Notes under the pieces: generated by a model
Told to the model about the DNA's origin: nothing
Seen by the model: the letters and a program-made list of their open reading frames with translations, nothing else
Database searches by the model: none
In this document: piece by piece, positions 38,608 to 50,995 of the stretch
Position numbering within the stretch: the first letter of the stretch is position 1
Layout: each line of letters opens with the position of its first letter
Made by a program: the position numbers and the translations under genes
Origin: Nitrospiria bacterium
GTDB taxonomy: Bacteria; Nitrospirota; Nitrospiria; SBBL01; JAADHI01
Length of the DNA stretch: 61,882 nt
Direction: 5' to 3'
Assembly (NCBI GenBank): GCA_046756925.1
Contig: JBHHXH010000004.1
Location: 1 to 61,882 of the forward strand

Positions 38608-39128
38608 CCGCCATCTCCCTTCAGCTGCGAAAGGGTTTCATAGGCCTCGTAGAGCTTGGTGGCGCGAAGGGCCTGCATGAGCTTGCTTTTTTGCACCCAT
38701 TTGAGAAAGCGCGCGCGGTATTGCCGGATGAGCCGATTGGAAAGCAAAAAGAGGGGGGGGAACAAAACCAAGGCCGAGGCCAAGCTACCCATCACCAGGG
38801 TGTTGTTAAAGCGGGCAATGCGCCAAAACGTGATGTCGTACAGCCCGGTCCAAAGTCCTTTGAGCGCTTCAGCGGTCAACAGCCCAAGGCCGATTTGGTG
38901 AAAAACGGGGTCGAGCAGGGTGGCAATGCCGGAGAAGCCGACGAAGGCCAGCAAAAAGGCGGAAAGATTAACCCGCAGGACCAGAACCAGAAGCAAGACG
39001 AATACATTGTGCAGGCTGAGCAAGGGGCTGAGCCCGGCCACCATCGCAAAGCAAAAGGCCAGGCTGATCTGGGCGGGTTCGGTTTCGGAATTGAGAATCT
39101 TGAGGAATTTTGCAATCGTTTTTAACAT
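38604..39128 (-). CDS. TIGR03546-family membrane protein
   Basis: LNSET.P.Q, LRVN, LDP.FH..G and RFNNT.VMG motifs; canonical pairing with TIGR03545. Confidence 0.85.
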   Translation of the reverse strand: MLKTIAKFLKILNSETEPAQISLAFCFAMVAGLSPLLSLHNVFVLLLVLVLRVNLSAFLLAFVGFSGIATLLDPVFHQIGLGLLTAEALKGLWTGLYDITFWRIARFNNTLVMGSLASALVLFPPLFLLSNRLIRQYRARFLKWVQKSKLMQALRATKLYEAYETLSQLKGDGG

Positions 39129-39352
39129 GGATCTTTGCCCGGTAGGGAGCGGACAATATCGACGCGGGATGACTCAGTATAGACCCTGTCCGAAGCGGCG
39201 GTCAAATGCCTGAAGTCGGCGTATGGGCATCACAGTGCGTCGGCTCCGTGGAAGCCGATTCCAATTGTCGAATTGAATATATTCGTAAATAACGCGGCCC
39301 GTCATCTTGCTTTAGCAAGAAATCCTCTCGAAGAGGCGTCTGGATTTCTTGA

Positions 39353-40876
<1,524 letters not shown>

Positions 40877-40919
40877 GCCGGCCTGTGTCCGTTTCACCCC
40901 ATTATTGTTCTCCTGAGAG

Positions 40920-42467
40920 ATGACGGACCGCTCGCTCGATAAAATCCTCATCCTCGACTTCGGGTCCCAATATACCCAGCTGATTGCCCGCCGTGTCCGC
41001 GAAAGCCGGGTTTATTCCGAAATCCTTCCCTATCATGTCGCGATCGACGAGATCCGATCCCATCGACCGAAAGGGCTCATTCTCTCTGGCGGCCCCGCTT
41101 CCGTGAGGAAAAAAGGGGCCCCTATTTCCGATCCGGCCATCTTTTCTTTGGGCATCCCCGTCTTGGGTATCTGCTATGGGATGCAGTTGATGACGAATCT
41201 CTTGGGCGGCGACGTGGCACGGTCTCAAAAACGGGAATACGGGCGGGCCGAGTTGTCTGTGGATCGTGGGTCTCCCTTGTTGAAGGGACTGCCCCGCCGC
41301 GTACCCGTTTGGATGAGCCACGGAGATCGCATCGAGAAATTGCCGGAGGGTTTCCGCGCCGTCGGAAAAACGGAAAACGCGCCAACCGCGGCGATTCAAG
41401 ATGCAAATCGCCGGTTTTTCGCCCTGCAATTTCACCCCGAAGTGGTTCACACGCCGAATGGGGTCCAAATCCTTCAGAATTTTCTCTATGCGATCTGCGG
41501 CTGTCGGCCGACCTGGGACATGGGCTCCTTCATCCATCTGGCCGAGGAGGAGATCGCGCAGGCCATCGGCAGGGGAAAGGCCCTTTGCGCCCTGAGCGGC
41601 GGAGTCGATTCCTCGGTTGCCGCCGTGCTGGTCCAGCGGGTCATCGGCAAAAGGCTGCATTGTCTTTTTGTTGACAACGGCCTGCTGCGCAAAAACGAAG
41701 CGACGCAAGTGATGCAGACCTTCAAGCAGTCGCTAAAACTCAACCTCAAAAAGGTCGATGCGGCCGGTCAATTCTTAAGCCGATTGGCGAAAACGACCCA
41801 GCCGGAGCAGAAGCGAAAGTTCATCGGACGCACCTTCATTTCCGTTTTCGATACAGCGGCCAAAAAAGTAGGCCGAGTCGATTTTCTCGTCCAAGGAACC
41901 CTTTACCCGGATGTCATCGAATCGGTTTCCGTCAAAGGCCCTTCCGCGACGATCAAGACCCACCACAATGTCGGCGGCCTGCCGAAGCGCATGCGAATGA
42001 AGGTGGTCGAGCCGCTGAAGACCCTCTTTAAGGACGAAGTCCGCAAGCTGGGGCTGGAGCTCGGCATCCCCAGGAATCTCCTCTACCGGCATCCCTTTCC
42101 GGGACCGGGCCTGGCGGTTCGGATTGTCGGTCGTGTCACGCCGGAACGGCTCGCGCGGCTGCGTGAGGCCGATGCCATTTTCATCGAGGAAATCCGAAAA
42201 GCAGGCTTGTACGATGCTATCTGGCAGGCCTTTGCCGTGTACTTGCCTATCCAATCCGTTGGCGTCATGGGCGACGAGCGGACCTATGAAAACGCCGTCG
42301 CCCTGCGCGCCGTCACCAGCCAGGACGGCATGACGGCCGACTGGTTCGAATTTCCCCACGATGTCTTGAAAGGAATCGCCAACCGCATTATCAACGAGGT
42401 CCAAGGCATCAACCGCGTTGTCTATGACATCTCCTCCAAGCCTCCCAGCACCATCGAATGGGAATAA
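40920..42467 (+). CDS. guaA: GMP synthase (glutamine-hydrolysing)
   Basis: DFGSQY, GICYGMQ, QFHPEV, SGGVDS, HPFPGPG and KPPSTIEWE. Confidence 0.97.
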   Translation: MTDRSLDKILILDFGSQYTQLIARRVRESRVYSEILPYHVAIDEIRSHRPKGLILSGGPASVRKKGAPISDPAIFSLGIPVLGICYGMQLMTNLLGGDVARSQKREYGRAELSVDRGSPLLKGLPRRVPVWMSHGDRIEKLPEGFRAVGKTENAPTAAIQDANRRFFALQFHPEVVHTPNGVQILQNFLYAICGCRPTWDMGSFIHLAEEEIAQAIGRGKALCALSGGVDSSVAAVLVQRVIGKRLHCLFVDNGLLRKNEATQVMQTFKQSLKLNLKKVDAAGQFLSRLAKTTQPEQKRKFIGRTFISVFDTAAKKVGRVDFLVQGTLYPDVIESVSVKGPSATIKTHHNVGGLPKRMRMKVVEPLKTLFKDEVRKLGLELGIPRNLLYRHPFPGPGLAVRIVGRVTPERLARLREADAIFIEEIRKAGLYDAIWQAFAVYLPIQSVGVMGDERTYENAVALRAVTSQDGMTADWFEFPHDVLKGIANRIINEVQGINRVVYDISSKPPSTIEWE

Positions 42468-42632
42468 AGCCCGCCCGGGCCGAATCGGTTTGTGGCAGAC
42501 GTGTTGTCTGGTTTCAGAACCCTGAGAGATCGGCAGGACTTCGCCACCCGCAAACACCCAGTCCATAGGCAAGCCGAGCATCCAAGATGGCTTTGGCGCG
42601 GTCTTCGACCTCCTGGCAAATGACCCGGGTCC

Positions 42633-43346
42633 CTAAGCGGACCGTTTATACCAATATCCGCAAAGACTTTTGAAATAAATCGAAAAAGGAAAGAAAACGC
42701 AGAGCACCGTCGCCAAAACAACCTTGAACGGGTGGGACAGCTTTCGCGCAGAGGTGATCACCGGGTAATCGGTGATCAGGCGGAAGGGTTTTCCGCGTTT
42801 TTTACCCCAACGCTTCAAGGCTTGTGAAAAGAAGATCTCTTCACCCGCATAGACGGCCTCACTAAAACCGCCGATATCACCGAATGCATCCCGAAGACAG
42901 TAAATAAAGCTTCCCGCCGCGAGACGGCCCTGTTTTGAAACAGCCGTCCAAAACCATAATATCAACCTTGCAAAAGGACCGCATGTCCGATCGAATCGAA
43001 TCAGGGCGCCCCCCCCGCAACAAGCCGCACTTTCAAGATCGTCGAGAACCTTCTTGAGCAGTTCTGATGAAATAAGAGTATCGGCATCGAGAAAGATAAA
43101 ATACAGGCCACGCGCCACACCGGCGCCCGCATTACGCGCCCTGGAAATTTGATTCTTGGCCTCGAACACCACCCGTGCGCCATATCGCCTTGCAACGTCA
43201 GCGGTCTGATCGGTTGAATTATTGTCAACAACGATCATTTCCCCGGGTATGGACAGCGTATCCATCGCATGCTTGAGCGCGGCAATGGATTTTGGAAGCC
43301 ATTCGGCCTCGTTATAGGCCGGGATAATGACGGAATATCGGCACAT
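42633..43346 (-). CDS. Glycosyltransferase family 2
   Basis: SVIIPAYNE, VVDNNSTD, ARNAGA, FLDAD and GGF.E....GEE. Confidence 0.9.
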   Translation of the reverse strand: MCRYSVIIPAYNEAEWLPKSIAALKHAMDTLSIPGEMIVVDNNSTDQTADVARRYGARVVFEAKNQISRARNAGAGVARGLYFIFLDADTLISSELLKKVLDDLESAACCGGGALIRFDRTCGPFARLILWFWTAVSKQGRLAAGSFIYCLRDAFGDIGGFSEAVYAGEEIFFSQALKRWGKKRGKPFRLITDYPVITSARKLSHPFKVVLATVLCVFFPFSIYFKSLCGYWYKRSA

Positions 43347-43471
43347 CGTAAAAGGGCTGGGTTTTTATCTGGGGGAGATATCTGCCTGCGAAAGGGGAAA
43401 GGTCTAAAGGCCTCCTGGCATGCCTTCCCGATTTTCCCCAAGGTACCGAGCCATTGAAACCGTCTCGGCCT

Positions 43472-43744
43472 TTATTCCAAAACAACGGAAACACCCCCAC
43501 CTTCTTGATCGACCACGGGCATCGATTTATTACAATGCGGACACTTGACATAAACAAGATTGTCGAAAAGGCCGATGCTGTAATGATTGACAAGAAGATC
43601 GAATTCTTTTTTACAGGCGGGGCAGGCGGCGAGATATCGTTTTAGAAACAGCTTCACATCCGACTGAAGGGTCTCGATCTGATGCTGCAGCCGAAGCACT
43701 TCCGATTCGAGGCGATCGATCCGTTTTTCGATTTCGTCAGCCAT
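43472..43744 (-). CDS. Coiled-coil + CxxC/CxxC zinc-finger hypothetical protein
   Basis: Heptad-repeat N-terminus, then CPAC...CPHC; start at ATG 43744. Confidence 0.7.
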   Translation of the reverse strand: MADEIEKRIDRLESEVLRLQHQIETLQSDVKLFLKRYLAACPACKKEFDLLVNHYSIGLFDNLVYVKCPHCNKSMPVVDQEGGGVSVVLE

Positions 43745-43940
43745 ATGCTCTATAATAAGCGAAATGCGTCGAACCCGCAAGTTGGCCAATCATTTTTATC
43801 GGTGACAAAGGCTTGCCAAGGATCCAGCGCAAGGGGTAGTCTTTAAGATAAGGGATAGAACGGGTATTCGTTATGGCTTGTTTTTTCACAATCAGGTCGT
43901 TATCATAGCACCCCGCCAAACGAATTGAAAGGAATTCATA

Positions 43941-44366
43941 TTGAAAGATCAGGTACAGATAAAAATGGGAGAAGCCCCTCATCGCGAACCATCGAAGGAA
44001 ATCATCGACCAAAAGGACCTGGCCGTACTCTGGGCGATCGGAATCCTCGTCTCTCTCATCCTCTCTCTGGCGGGAACCGCATGGAACCCCGCTCAGTACG
44101 ATGCGATTCAGAGCGCCAGTCTCGACGCAACGGAGGCCCGTGTGGAAAACAGCCAGAACCAAATGGTGGCCAACGCATTGAATGAAGGCCAAATCGAGTA
44201 CGATCCCTCGATGGATAAACTCGTAAAACTCAAGCCGGCCTATGTGCTTTTTTTGGTCGACCTGGCCAGGCTCATCCTTTTTCCCTGCGGTCCGATTGTG
44301 ATCATCGGTCTCCTCATTAAAAAGTCCGTCGCACATTCGAAACAAAAAACGATTCAGTCCAAATAG
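43941..44366 (+). CDS. Hypothetical two-TM membrane protein
   Basis: Two hydrophobic segments; apparently co-transcribed with the downstream ABC exporter. Confidence 0.6.
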   Translation: MKDQVQIKMGEAPHREPSKEIIDQKDLAVLWAIGILVSLILSLAGTAWNPAQYDAIQSASLDATEARVENSQNQMVANALNEGQIEYDPSMDKLVKLKPAYVLFLVDLARLILFPCGPIVIIGLLIKKSVAHSKQKTIQSK

Positions 44367-44392
44367 TATTTCCAAGGCCGGGGTCGGATCGC

Positions 44393-46141
44393 ATGAAAAA
44401 AGATTCATACACGTGGCGTATACTGTCCTACGCCCACCCCTATGTTCGTCCCTTGGCCTTTGCAACAGCATTACTCTTATGCTCTTCCGGTATTAGTCTG
44501 AGTATTCCCTGGATCGTCCGGGGGCCGATCGACGCCATCCTGAGCCGACGGGAGATTCCTTCGATATGGACCTTAATCGGTCTGATCGGCCTCTTTTTGG
44601 TACAGGGATTGTTTTCTTTTGCACATAATTATCTCTCCGGATCGGTCGGTCAACGGGTGTTGACCGACCTTCGCATTGAACTTTTTTCCCATCTCCAAAC
44701 GCTCTCTCTTCCATTTTTTTCGTCTCGCCGCACGGGAGAACTGCTGTCCCGGCTGACCAACGATTTGGGAGTGGTTCAAGGACTGGCGACGGAGATGCCG
44801 GTCAACCTGCTCCGACAGGGCCTGATCTTAATGGGCGGCATTGTCATCATTTTGTATATGAACTGGCGCCTCACGCTCCTTGCCTTTTTCCTGATTCCCA
44901 TCGTCATCTTGGCCGCCAGAATGATGGGAAAACGGTTAAGAGGCCTCTCAACGGAGGTTCAAGACCAGCTGGCAAGCACGACAACCCTGATGGAAGAGAT
45001 GATCTCCGGAATTCGAACAATGAAGTCTTTCTGTCGCGAGGGCTATGAACGTGAGCGATTTACGATACAAACACATAAAACCCTCTCCGTCATGCTGAAG
45101 CGTCTGCGAATTTCTACGGCCTTTGGGCCCTTGATGGTTTTTCTTGGCTTCAGCACGGCCTGTGCGCTGATGTGGTATGGGGCAAGAGAGGTGCTATTGG
45201 GCAAGATCACCCCGGGGGAGGTGATCGCCTTTGTAATGTATGCCGTCATCGTTACCGGACCGGTTGGGAGCTTCGCCCGGCTTTATTCTCAGCTTCAAGA
45301 GGGCCTGGGGGCAAGCCGCCGGGTGTTCGAACTGCTCGACACCCCGGCTGTCATCTCCGATCGGCCGGGCGTCCGGCCCCTGCCGCCGATCGATGGCGCG
45401 GTTCGGTTCGACCATGTTTCATTCCATTATACAAAAGGGCAGCCGGTGCTCCACGAGGTCGATTTTGAAGTGCGGCCGGGGGAGCGGGTTGCATTGGTCG
45501 GACCCAGCGGGGCCGGTAAAAGCACGCTCATCCACCTACTCCACCGCTTTTACGATCCCATCGACGGGACGATTTCCATCGACGGCCATGCCCTTAAGCA
45601 CGTCCAAATTAAAAGCTATTATGAACAAATCGCCTATGTCCCCCAAGAGGTGGTCCTTTTTGGAGGCACCCTCCGGGAGAACATCCTTTACGGAAGAATG
45701 GAGGCAAGCGAAGCGGAAATGATTGCTGCATCACAATCCGCCCATGCCCACGACTTCATTTTAAACTTCCTCGACGGATACGAAACCCTTGTGGGGGAAA
45801 AAGGCCTGACGCTCTCGGGAGGTCAACGCCAGCGGATCGCCATTGCTCGGGCCTTTCTAAAAAACCCCAGGCTCTTGATCCTCGATGAGGCCACGGCCTA
45901 TTTGGATAACGAATCGGAAGTCTTTATTCAAGAGGCCTTAGACCGCCTCATGTCGAATAAAACGACCTTTATGATCGCCCATCGTCTCTCCACCATCAAA
46001 AAAGCCGACCGCATCCTCGTGTTCAACAAGGGGAGGCTGGTGGAGGAGGGAAGCCATGAGGAATTGATGGCCCAGCGCGCACTGTATCACCACCTATATA
46101 CCCTCAAAGCGGCCGGCGTGGATTTGCCGGTTTCGGATTAA
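44393..46141 (+). CDS. MsbA-like ABC exporter (fused TMD-NBD)
   Basis: Six TMs, GPSGAGKS, LSGGQRQR, LDEAT and IAHRLST. Confidence 0.92.
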   Translation: MKKDSYTWRILSYAHPYVRPLAFATALLLCSSGISLSIPWIVRGPIDAILSRREIPSIWTLIGLIGLFLVQGLFSFAHNYLSGSVGQRVLTDLRIELFSHLQTLSLPFFSSRRTGELLSRLTNDLGVVQGLATEMPVNLLRQGLILMGGIVIILYMNWRLTLLAFFLIPIVILAARMMGKRLRGLSTEVQDQLASTTTLMEEMISGIRTMKSFCREGYERERFTIQTHKTLSVMLKRLRISTAFGPLMVFLGFSTACALMWYGAREVLLGKITPGEVIAFVMYAVIVTGPVGSFARLYSQLQEGLGASRRVFELLDTPAVISDRPGVRPLPPIDGAVRFDHVSFHYTKGQPVLHEVDFEVRPGERVALVGPSGAGKSTLIHLLHRFYDPIDGTISIDGHALKHVQIKSYYEQIAYVPQEVVLFGGTLRENILYGRMEASEAEMIAASQSAHAHDFILNFLDGYETLVGEKGLTLSGGQRQRIAIARAFLKNPRLLILDEATAYLDNESEVFIQEALDRLMSNKTTFMIAHRLSTIKKADRILVFNKGRLVEEGSHEELMAQRALYHHLYTLKAAGVDLPVSD

Positions 46142-46209
46142 AGACCCAAACGGCGCCTTCGGATCACAGGCGAAATTCCTTCTCGGTTGTCATTGGATCT
46201 CAATCAGAT

Positions 46210-46698
46210 CTATTTTTTATGCAGGGGAGGCGACTGGAGGGCAAGCGGTGTTCGGGAGGAGAGTTTAAAGGGCATCCTGACGTGCTTGCTTTCCGTCGAT
46301 TCTTGCCAAGAAAGGTCGACTGTAAAATCAACGTCCTGCGTATTCGAAATCGAACGAATGCTGAGATCTTCTTTCGGGAGCGCTGAAACGGCATCTTTCC
46401 AATCGGAAAAATCTTGCAGGCAGCTAGGATGCGGCGTTTGTTCCGGGCAATTCTCCCTCGTGTCCGTCGCCGTTCTCATCCCATCGTAGGCCTGCGAGTT
46501 TTCGCCGTTTTCGAGAATGCGTTCTCCCACACGCGTGACGATTTGGGTCGCCGTTTCGGTGAATCCGCTTTGATTCGATTTTCGCAAGGCAGAAGCCTGC
46601 ATCGAAACAAGGGCCAAAAGACCGAAGGTCACGACAATCATCAGAGCCATGACTTCAATGAGTGTAAACCCGGCTTTATTTCCAAGCAATTTCGTCAC
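46210..46698 (-). CDS. pilV: PilV-like minor type IV pilin
   Basis: Prepilin cleavage site G|FTLIEV, GLLAL..MQ, a Cys pair and D..DW motif. Confidence 0.7.
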   Translation of the reverse strand: MTKLLGNKAGFTLIEVMALMIVVTFGLLALVSMQASALRKSNQSGFTETATQIVTRVGERILENGENSQAYDGMRTATDTRENCPEQTPHPSCLQDFSDWKDAVSALPKEDLSIRSISNTQDVDFTVDLSWQESTESKHVRMPFKLSSRTPLALQSPPLHKK

Positions 46699-46784
46699 TG
46701 AAACCGCCTCCGATGGTAAACTTTTATGAAAAGATGTTTTCAGCGATAGAAAACCAAAGCCAGATAAATGGCATGTGTGATGAA

Positions 46785-46800
46785 AGCAAAGGGCATGCCC
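46785..46800 (-). promoter_or_regulatory. Putative sigma54 (-24/-12) promoter of the pilV-like gene
   Basis: Minus strand reads GGGCATGCCCTTTGCT (GG-N10-GC). An IHF-like TTTCAATGAGTTG with an A/T tract lies at 46840-46852. Confidence 0.6.
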
Positions 46801-47015
46801 GTAAACAGACGGCGAATAAAACCTAAATTTTTTATATTATTTCAATGAGTTGTAATGTTTATGTAAAGCGCGGATAAATTGGGTTTATTGGAAGGGGGGA
46901 CTTTCGGTTCTCAATTCTATGTAGGGACTTACATAGTGTTGGATAAAAGGCCTTGGACGGGTCTTTGTCGAGGTGTGGATAAAAGCGGGCATTCTTTACG
47001 ATGCTATCGGACCTT

Positions 47016-47888
47016 TTATTTGACATGTACGGCGCCGTTTCGAATATGCAGATCGCGTTGTGGAAAGGGAATTTCGATACCGTGCTCCTTAAGCGTATGG
47101 AAGATCAGGTAATTGAGTTCGCTTTTCAGTACACGGGGTCGCGCCGTGAAATCGATCGTCCAAACCCTCAAAAGAAAATTGAGGGAACTGTCTCCAAATT
47201 CGTCAAGCAAGACTTCCGGTTTCGGATTTTTTAATACGCTCGGGTGTGTGAGGGCCACATCCTTGATCATTTGACGAACACGCTCCGGCTCAGCGTGGTA
47301 TGAAACCCCAAAGGGAATGCTAAAACGGACACGCTGGTCGGTGTAACTCCAATTGGTCACGGTGGAGGTAATAAAATCCGAATTGGGAACGATAATGGCG
47401 ATATTGTCGTTCGTGACGATCGTTGTCGCCCGCGGCGAGATGTTGACGACGTCTCCATGGATATCCTTGACTTCGATACGGTCTCCGACTTTAATCGGCC
47501 GCTCGAATAGGATAATGATGCCGCTGACGAAGTTGCTGGTAATGTTCTGGAGGCCGAAGGCGAAACCGATACCCAAGGCCCCCGCAAACACCGTGAAGGT
47601 GCTCAAATCGATCCCGGCCGATTGAAGAATCATGACCAGCCCGATGGAAATAAAGACATAGCGCAAGATCGAGCCGGTCGCCTCGCTGATACCGATACCG
47701 ACATTTATCTTTTTTTGAAGGGTCAGGACAATCCACGTTTTCATCTTTTTGGTCAGATAAAAAAGCATGGAAACCAATACGGCGATATAAATCAGCGTCA
47801 ATAAGGTAAATTCGGATTTTCCCAAGGTAAAAAGCGTGGTGTTTAACAAAGTGTTCACTTGCCCAAGAAAGGCTTGAAAGATGCTCAT
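47016..47888 (-). CDS. mscS: MscS-family mechanosensitive channel
   Basis: GALGIG..FGLQ.I.SNF.SG, ERP.KVGD, IVPNS and GIEIPFPQRD. Confidence 0.9.
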   Translation of the reverse strand: MSIFQAFLGQVNTLLNTTLFTLGKSEFTLLTLIYIAVLVSMLFYLTKKMKTWIVLTLQKKINVGIGISEATGSILRYVFISIGLVMILQSAGIDLSTFTVFAGALGIGFAFGLQNITSNFVSGIIILFERPIKVGDRIEVKDIHGDVVNISPRATTIVTNDNIAIIVPNSDFITSTVTNWSYTDQRVRFSIPFGVSYHAEPERVRQMIKDVALTHPSVLKNPKPEVLLDEFGDSSLNFLLRVWTIDFTARPRVLKSELNYLIFHTLKEHGIEIPFPQRDLHIRNGAVHVK

Positions 47889-47891
47889 CGT

Positions 47892-48197
47892 CTATTTCTC
47901 CTTGAGAACCGACCAAAAAGATCGGCCGTCGATGTCCCCCTGTGCATCGACCGCTTCGGTAGTAATATCGGTAAGATAAAAGTCGTACACCGTCGTTCGT
48001 TCATGATGTAGCGGTGTTCTGCAATAACATATTTCATACCATTCGATGGTGCCGGGCTGGGTGATTTTGGCCCCTTTCATCGATGCAACAATCTCGGCGC
48101 CGTCTGGCTTCTGATTCAAAATCGTGCCGTCGCTCAATTTCTCGAAAAACGCCGCCATCTTGTCCTCTCTATAATTGGCGCGTACCTTGTAGATCAT
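47892..48197 (-). CDS. Conserved-looking hypothetical protein (101 aa)
   Basis: ORF with AGGA RBS; motifs Q.PDG.EI and CYC.TPL.HER..VYD; function unknown. Confidence 0.7.
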   Translation of the reverse strand: MIYKVRANYREDKMAAFFEKLSDGTILNQKPDGAEIVASMKGAKITQPGTIEWYEICYCRTPLHHERTTVYDFYLTDITTEAVDAQGDIDGRSFWSVLKEK

Positions 48198-48242
48198 TTT
48201 TGGGGTCCTCCGACATAGATACCGGTGGATAATATACGGTCC

Positions 48243-49238
48243 TTATTCAGCGCTCGCAAACTCCGAAACAAAGGCCGCATGGTCCGATTCGGGATACTTG
48301 CTGTCATAGGTATAGGGAAGGCTTTCGTCGTGCAAGTTTTCGTTGTAAATCTCCGAACGACGAAAATATGGCAGCAACGATTGAGAAATCAACATATGGT
48401 CCAGCAAATTCCCCTGCCCGTGATGGTAGTGACTAAAACGAATGGACGAGGGGATGCTGCTGTTGCATGGAACCAAAACGCGAGACCGCAGTTCGGGGTT
48501 GCTCGTGTTTTCCACTCGGCCGCAAATCGCCTCGACCGGCACCTCTCCCGGTTCGGCATTGAAATCGCCGCAGACCAGGATCTGGGCCGACACATCTGCG
48601 TCAAAAAGCTTGTCCACCAAGATCCGGGTTTCCAAGGCTTGGCCGACGCGTTTAATAGACGAAAGGAAATAGCCCTCCGCCCAACCTGCGGCACTTTTCC
48701 ATGAAAACCGGGTTTTTTGCCCTGGAATATGGGAGGCCAAGCGCGATTTCAAATGCAGGTTGAGCACGTGGACGGTCCCCAACTGCGGATGTTCGATCTG
48801 CGCGTAAAGGATGGGCCGCTCCCAGCCCAGGTCCTTGGCGTCGATGTCCGGCGGGTCAGTGGCGGTGACCTTACGATACCGCAATGCATCGATATGATCG
48901 TTTCGATATTGCGCGAATTTCGTGATCGGGTGCGCCGAAAGGATTACGAGATTTCTCAGGTTATAGGGCACGTGATCCGTCGTGAGCGTCGTAGCCTGAT
49001 GATAGCCGAAGTATGGCGTCCCTGTCAGCAAAAAATCCAATGCCGATAGTTCCCGGCTTGGATTTGCGGAAGTATGATCGGCGCGTTCTTGCCCGTGGAC
49101 CTCTTGCAGGCAAAGAATATCCGCCTGGAGTCGATTCAAGGTGGACCTGAGGACCGGGGCCCGAACCGAAAGGGCTGGATTTTTGTCGTTGTCTTTGTCA
49201 TCTAAATTTTCAACATTGAAAGTGGCGACTCTGAACAT
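48243..49238 (-). CDS. Endonuclease/exonuclease/phosphatase family protein
   Basis: ATFNVENL, LQEV, HLKS, GDFN, LDH and SDH motifs. Confidence 0.88.
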   Translation of the reverse strand: MFRVATFNVENLDDKDNDKNPALSVRAPVLRSTLNRLQADILCLQEVHGQERADHTSANPSRELSALDFLLTGTPYFGYHQATTLTTDHVPYNLRNLVILSAHPITKFAQYRNDHIDALRYRKVTATDPPDIDAKDLGWERPILYAQIEHPQLGTVHVLNLHLKSRLASHIPGQKTRFSWKSAAGWAEGYFLSSIKRVGQALETRILVDKLFDADVSAQILVCGDFNAEPGEVPVEAICGRVENTSNPELRSRVLVPCNSSIPSSIRFSHYHHGQGNLLDHMLISQSLLPYFRRSEIYNENLHDESLPYTYDSKYPESDHAAFVSEFASAE

Positions 49239-49313
49239 GCCGTTTCCCTCCCAGAGACAGATGTCTTGGCTTGATCACAACAAGCCGCTTCGCATTCCGG
49301 ATCTAAAAATCGC

Positions 49314-50078
49314 TTATGACCTCAAATCCAGGCCCACGGGACAATGGTCGGAGCCCATGACCTCGTTCAGGATGCCGGTGGCTTTGATGGTCTCTTTTAA
49401 ACCCGGCGATGTTAAAAAGTAGTCGATCCTCCAGCCCACGTTCCGCTCGCGCGCGGCGGCGCGGAAGCTCCACCAGCTGTACTTGACCTGATCCGGATGC
49501 TGATACCGAAAGGTATCGACAAAGCCGGCGGCGTGAATATTGTTCATGCCGTCGATCTCCTCCTGCATGTAGCCCGCGGTTTTGTTGTAGTTGGCCTTGG
49601 GGCGGGCCAGGTCGATGGGCTGGTGTGCCACGTTGAAATCGCCACAGGCGATGAGCGGTTTTTCCTGTTGCAGGGCAAGCAGGTAAGCCAAAAAATCCGC
49701 ATCCCATTGTTGCCGGTAACCCAAACGCTTCAACTCCGCACCCGAATTGGGCGTGTAGACATTCACCAAGAAATAGTGCGCGAATTCAAGCGCAATGACG
49801 CGGCCTTCCCGGTCGTGTTCCTCAATACCGATGTCGCAGCGCACGGCAAGCGGCTTCCTCTTGGTCAGAATGGCCGTGCCAGAATACCCTTTTTTCACCG
49901 CCGAATTCGAATAGATATGATACCCGTCCAAATCCTCCAAGGCCTCACGGACTTGATTGTCCTGCGCCTTGGTTTCTTGAAGGCACAGGACGTCCGCTTG
50001 CATGGCCTTGAGTGAGGCCGGGAAATCCTTTTTCATCACAGCGCGGATGCCGTTGACGTTCCATGAGACAAGACGCAT
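49314..50078 (-). CDS. xth: Exodeoxyribonuclease III
   Basis: SWNVNGIRA, CLQETK, KGYSG, EGR, YTPN, GDFNVAH, WWS.R, GWRIDY and SDHCP. Confidence 0.95.
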   Translation of the reverse strand: MRLVSWNVNGIRAVMKKDFPASLKAMQADVLCLQETKAQDNQVREALEDLDGYHIYSNSAVKKGYSGTAILTKRKPLAVRCDIGIEEHDREGRVIALEFAHYFLVNVYTPNSGAELKRLGYRQQWDADFLAYLLALQQEKPLIACGDFNVAHQPIDLARPKANYNKTAGYMQEEIDGMNNIHAAGFVDTFRYQHPDQVKYSWWSFRAAARERNVGWRIDYFLTSPGLKETIKATGILNEVMGSDHCPVGLDLRS

Positions 50079-50162
50079 GGGCTAGCTCCTGTGTGATGGT
50101 TTTTGATTCACAATAATTGATTCCTCGAAATAATGCTGCACACTCTGTGGGATTGTGGCTGG

Positions 50163-50186
50163 TTCCATCTGTCTGTTGTAAGGCAC
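50163..50186 (-). mobile_element. Partial attC-like site downstream of the HEPN gene
   Basis: 20/24 nt identical to 52121-52144 (TTCCATC-N4-TGTTGTAAGGCAC); the second arm is not recognisable. Confidence 0.5.
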
Positions 50187-50303
50187 GCAGTGCCGATCAA
50201 CAAATGGATCTCATCATCCGCATTGTTGATGAGGACATTTTGCGCCCCCGACAATCGTGGCGCGGTTTTTCGCATCACCGGGGTATGCATTGCGAATCAC
50301 CCA

Positions 50304-50987
50304 CTAAAGCTTTGCGGCTATCTGCTTCATCCGCTCTACTACGAATACTGCCCGGGTGGTAGCGGTACCCCCATGTGCTTTCAAGTAACCCTCAATTGTT
50401 CTTAACTGCGCCTTGAGAGGTGCATTAGTGGGTTCACAAAGCGCACCGATCTTTTTCTTTAATTCACTTTTTGCATCGGAGCTGTAATGACTAAGATAGT
50501 TCCTCAAGCTAATCGCATAGTCATAGAATTCTGAATCGTCGCGATCTAAGGAGAACTTCTTTGCAAACCGACTTGCCAGTAAGGTGTTTGCATTCGTGGA
50601 GAGCCTTTCTGCATCCTTCACCGATATATTCCATCCTTTTTGATCAAGGAGGCTTGCTAACACAGTCCGAGTTAAATTCCCAGGACGGGAGAAAGTAATT
50701 GCTCGACGGCAGCTCTTACCGAACTTGTCTTCTACAGACTGTTTTATTCGCTCTTCGAGGGATGTCAGCGCCTTTGAAGGGCTCTTCTCTATGTAGGCCA
50801 GGATGATATCATTCTGGAATGATTCCCAAAGAACCGCAGCTTGAAGGACAAACTGTACTACAAGTTCGTTTTCAAGGACAGCTTCATTTCTTTTGTTATG
50901 TATGGCGAGTTTGAGTTCGCCATGATTCGAAATCAGCCCTTCAATGCGCTTAGTGAATTTTCGAACCGTTGTATCGCGGAGCGTCAT
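50304..50987 (-). CDS. HEPN-like protein (putative RNase)
   Basis: Helical protein with the N-terminal ..WE motif and RNYLSH (RxxxxH); 8 nt after the DUF262 stop. Confidence 0.7.
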   Translation of the reverse strand: MTLRDTTVRKFTKRIEGLISNHGELKLAIHNKRNEAVLENELVVQFVLQAAVLWESFQNDIILAYIEKSPSKALTSLEERIKQSVEDKFGKSCRRAITFSRPGNLTRTVLASLLDQKGWNISVKDAERLSTNANTLLASRFAKKFSLDRDDSEFYDYAISLRNYLSHYSSDAKSELKKKIGALCEPTNAPLKAQLRTIEGYLKAHGGTATTRAVFVVERMKQIAAKL

Positions 50988-50995
50988 AAGCCAAG

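Noticed and set aside
42440-42632. Element integrated at the guaA 3' end (a known hotspot)
   Set aside because: No adjacent integrase and no duplicate of the guaA 3' end seen in the window.
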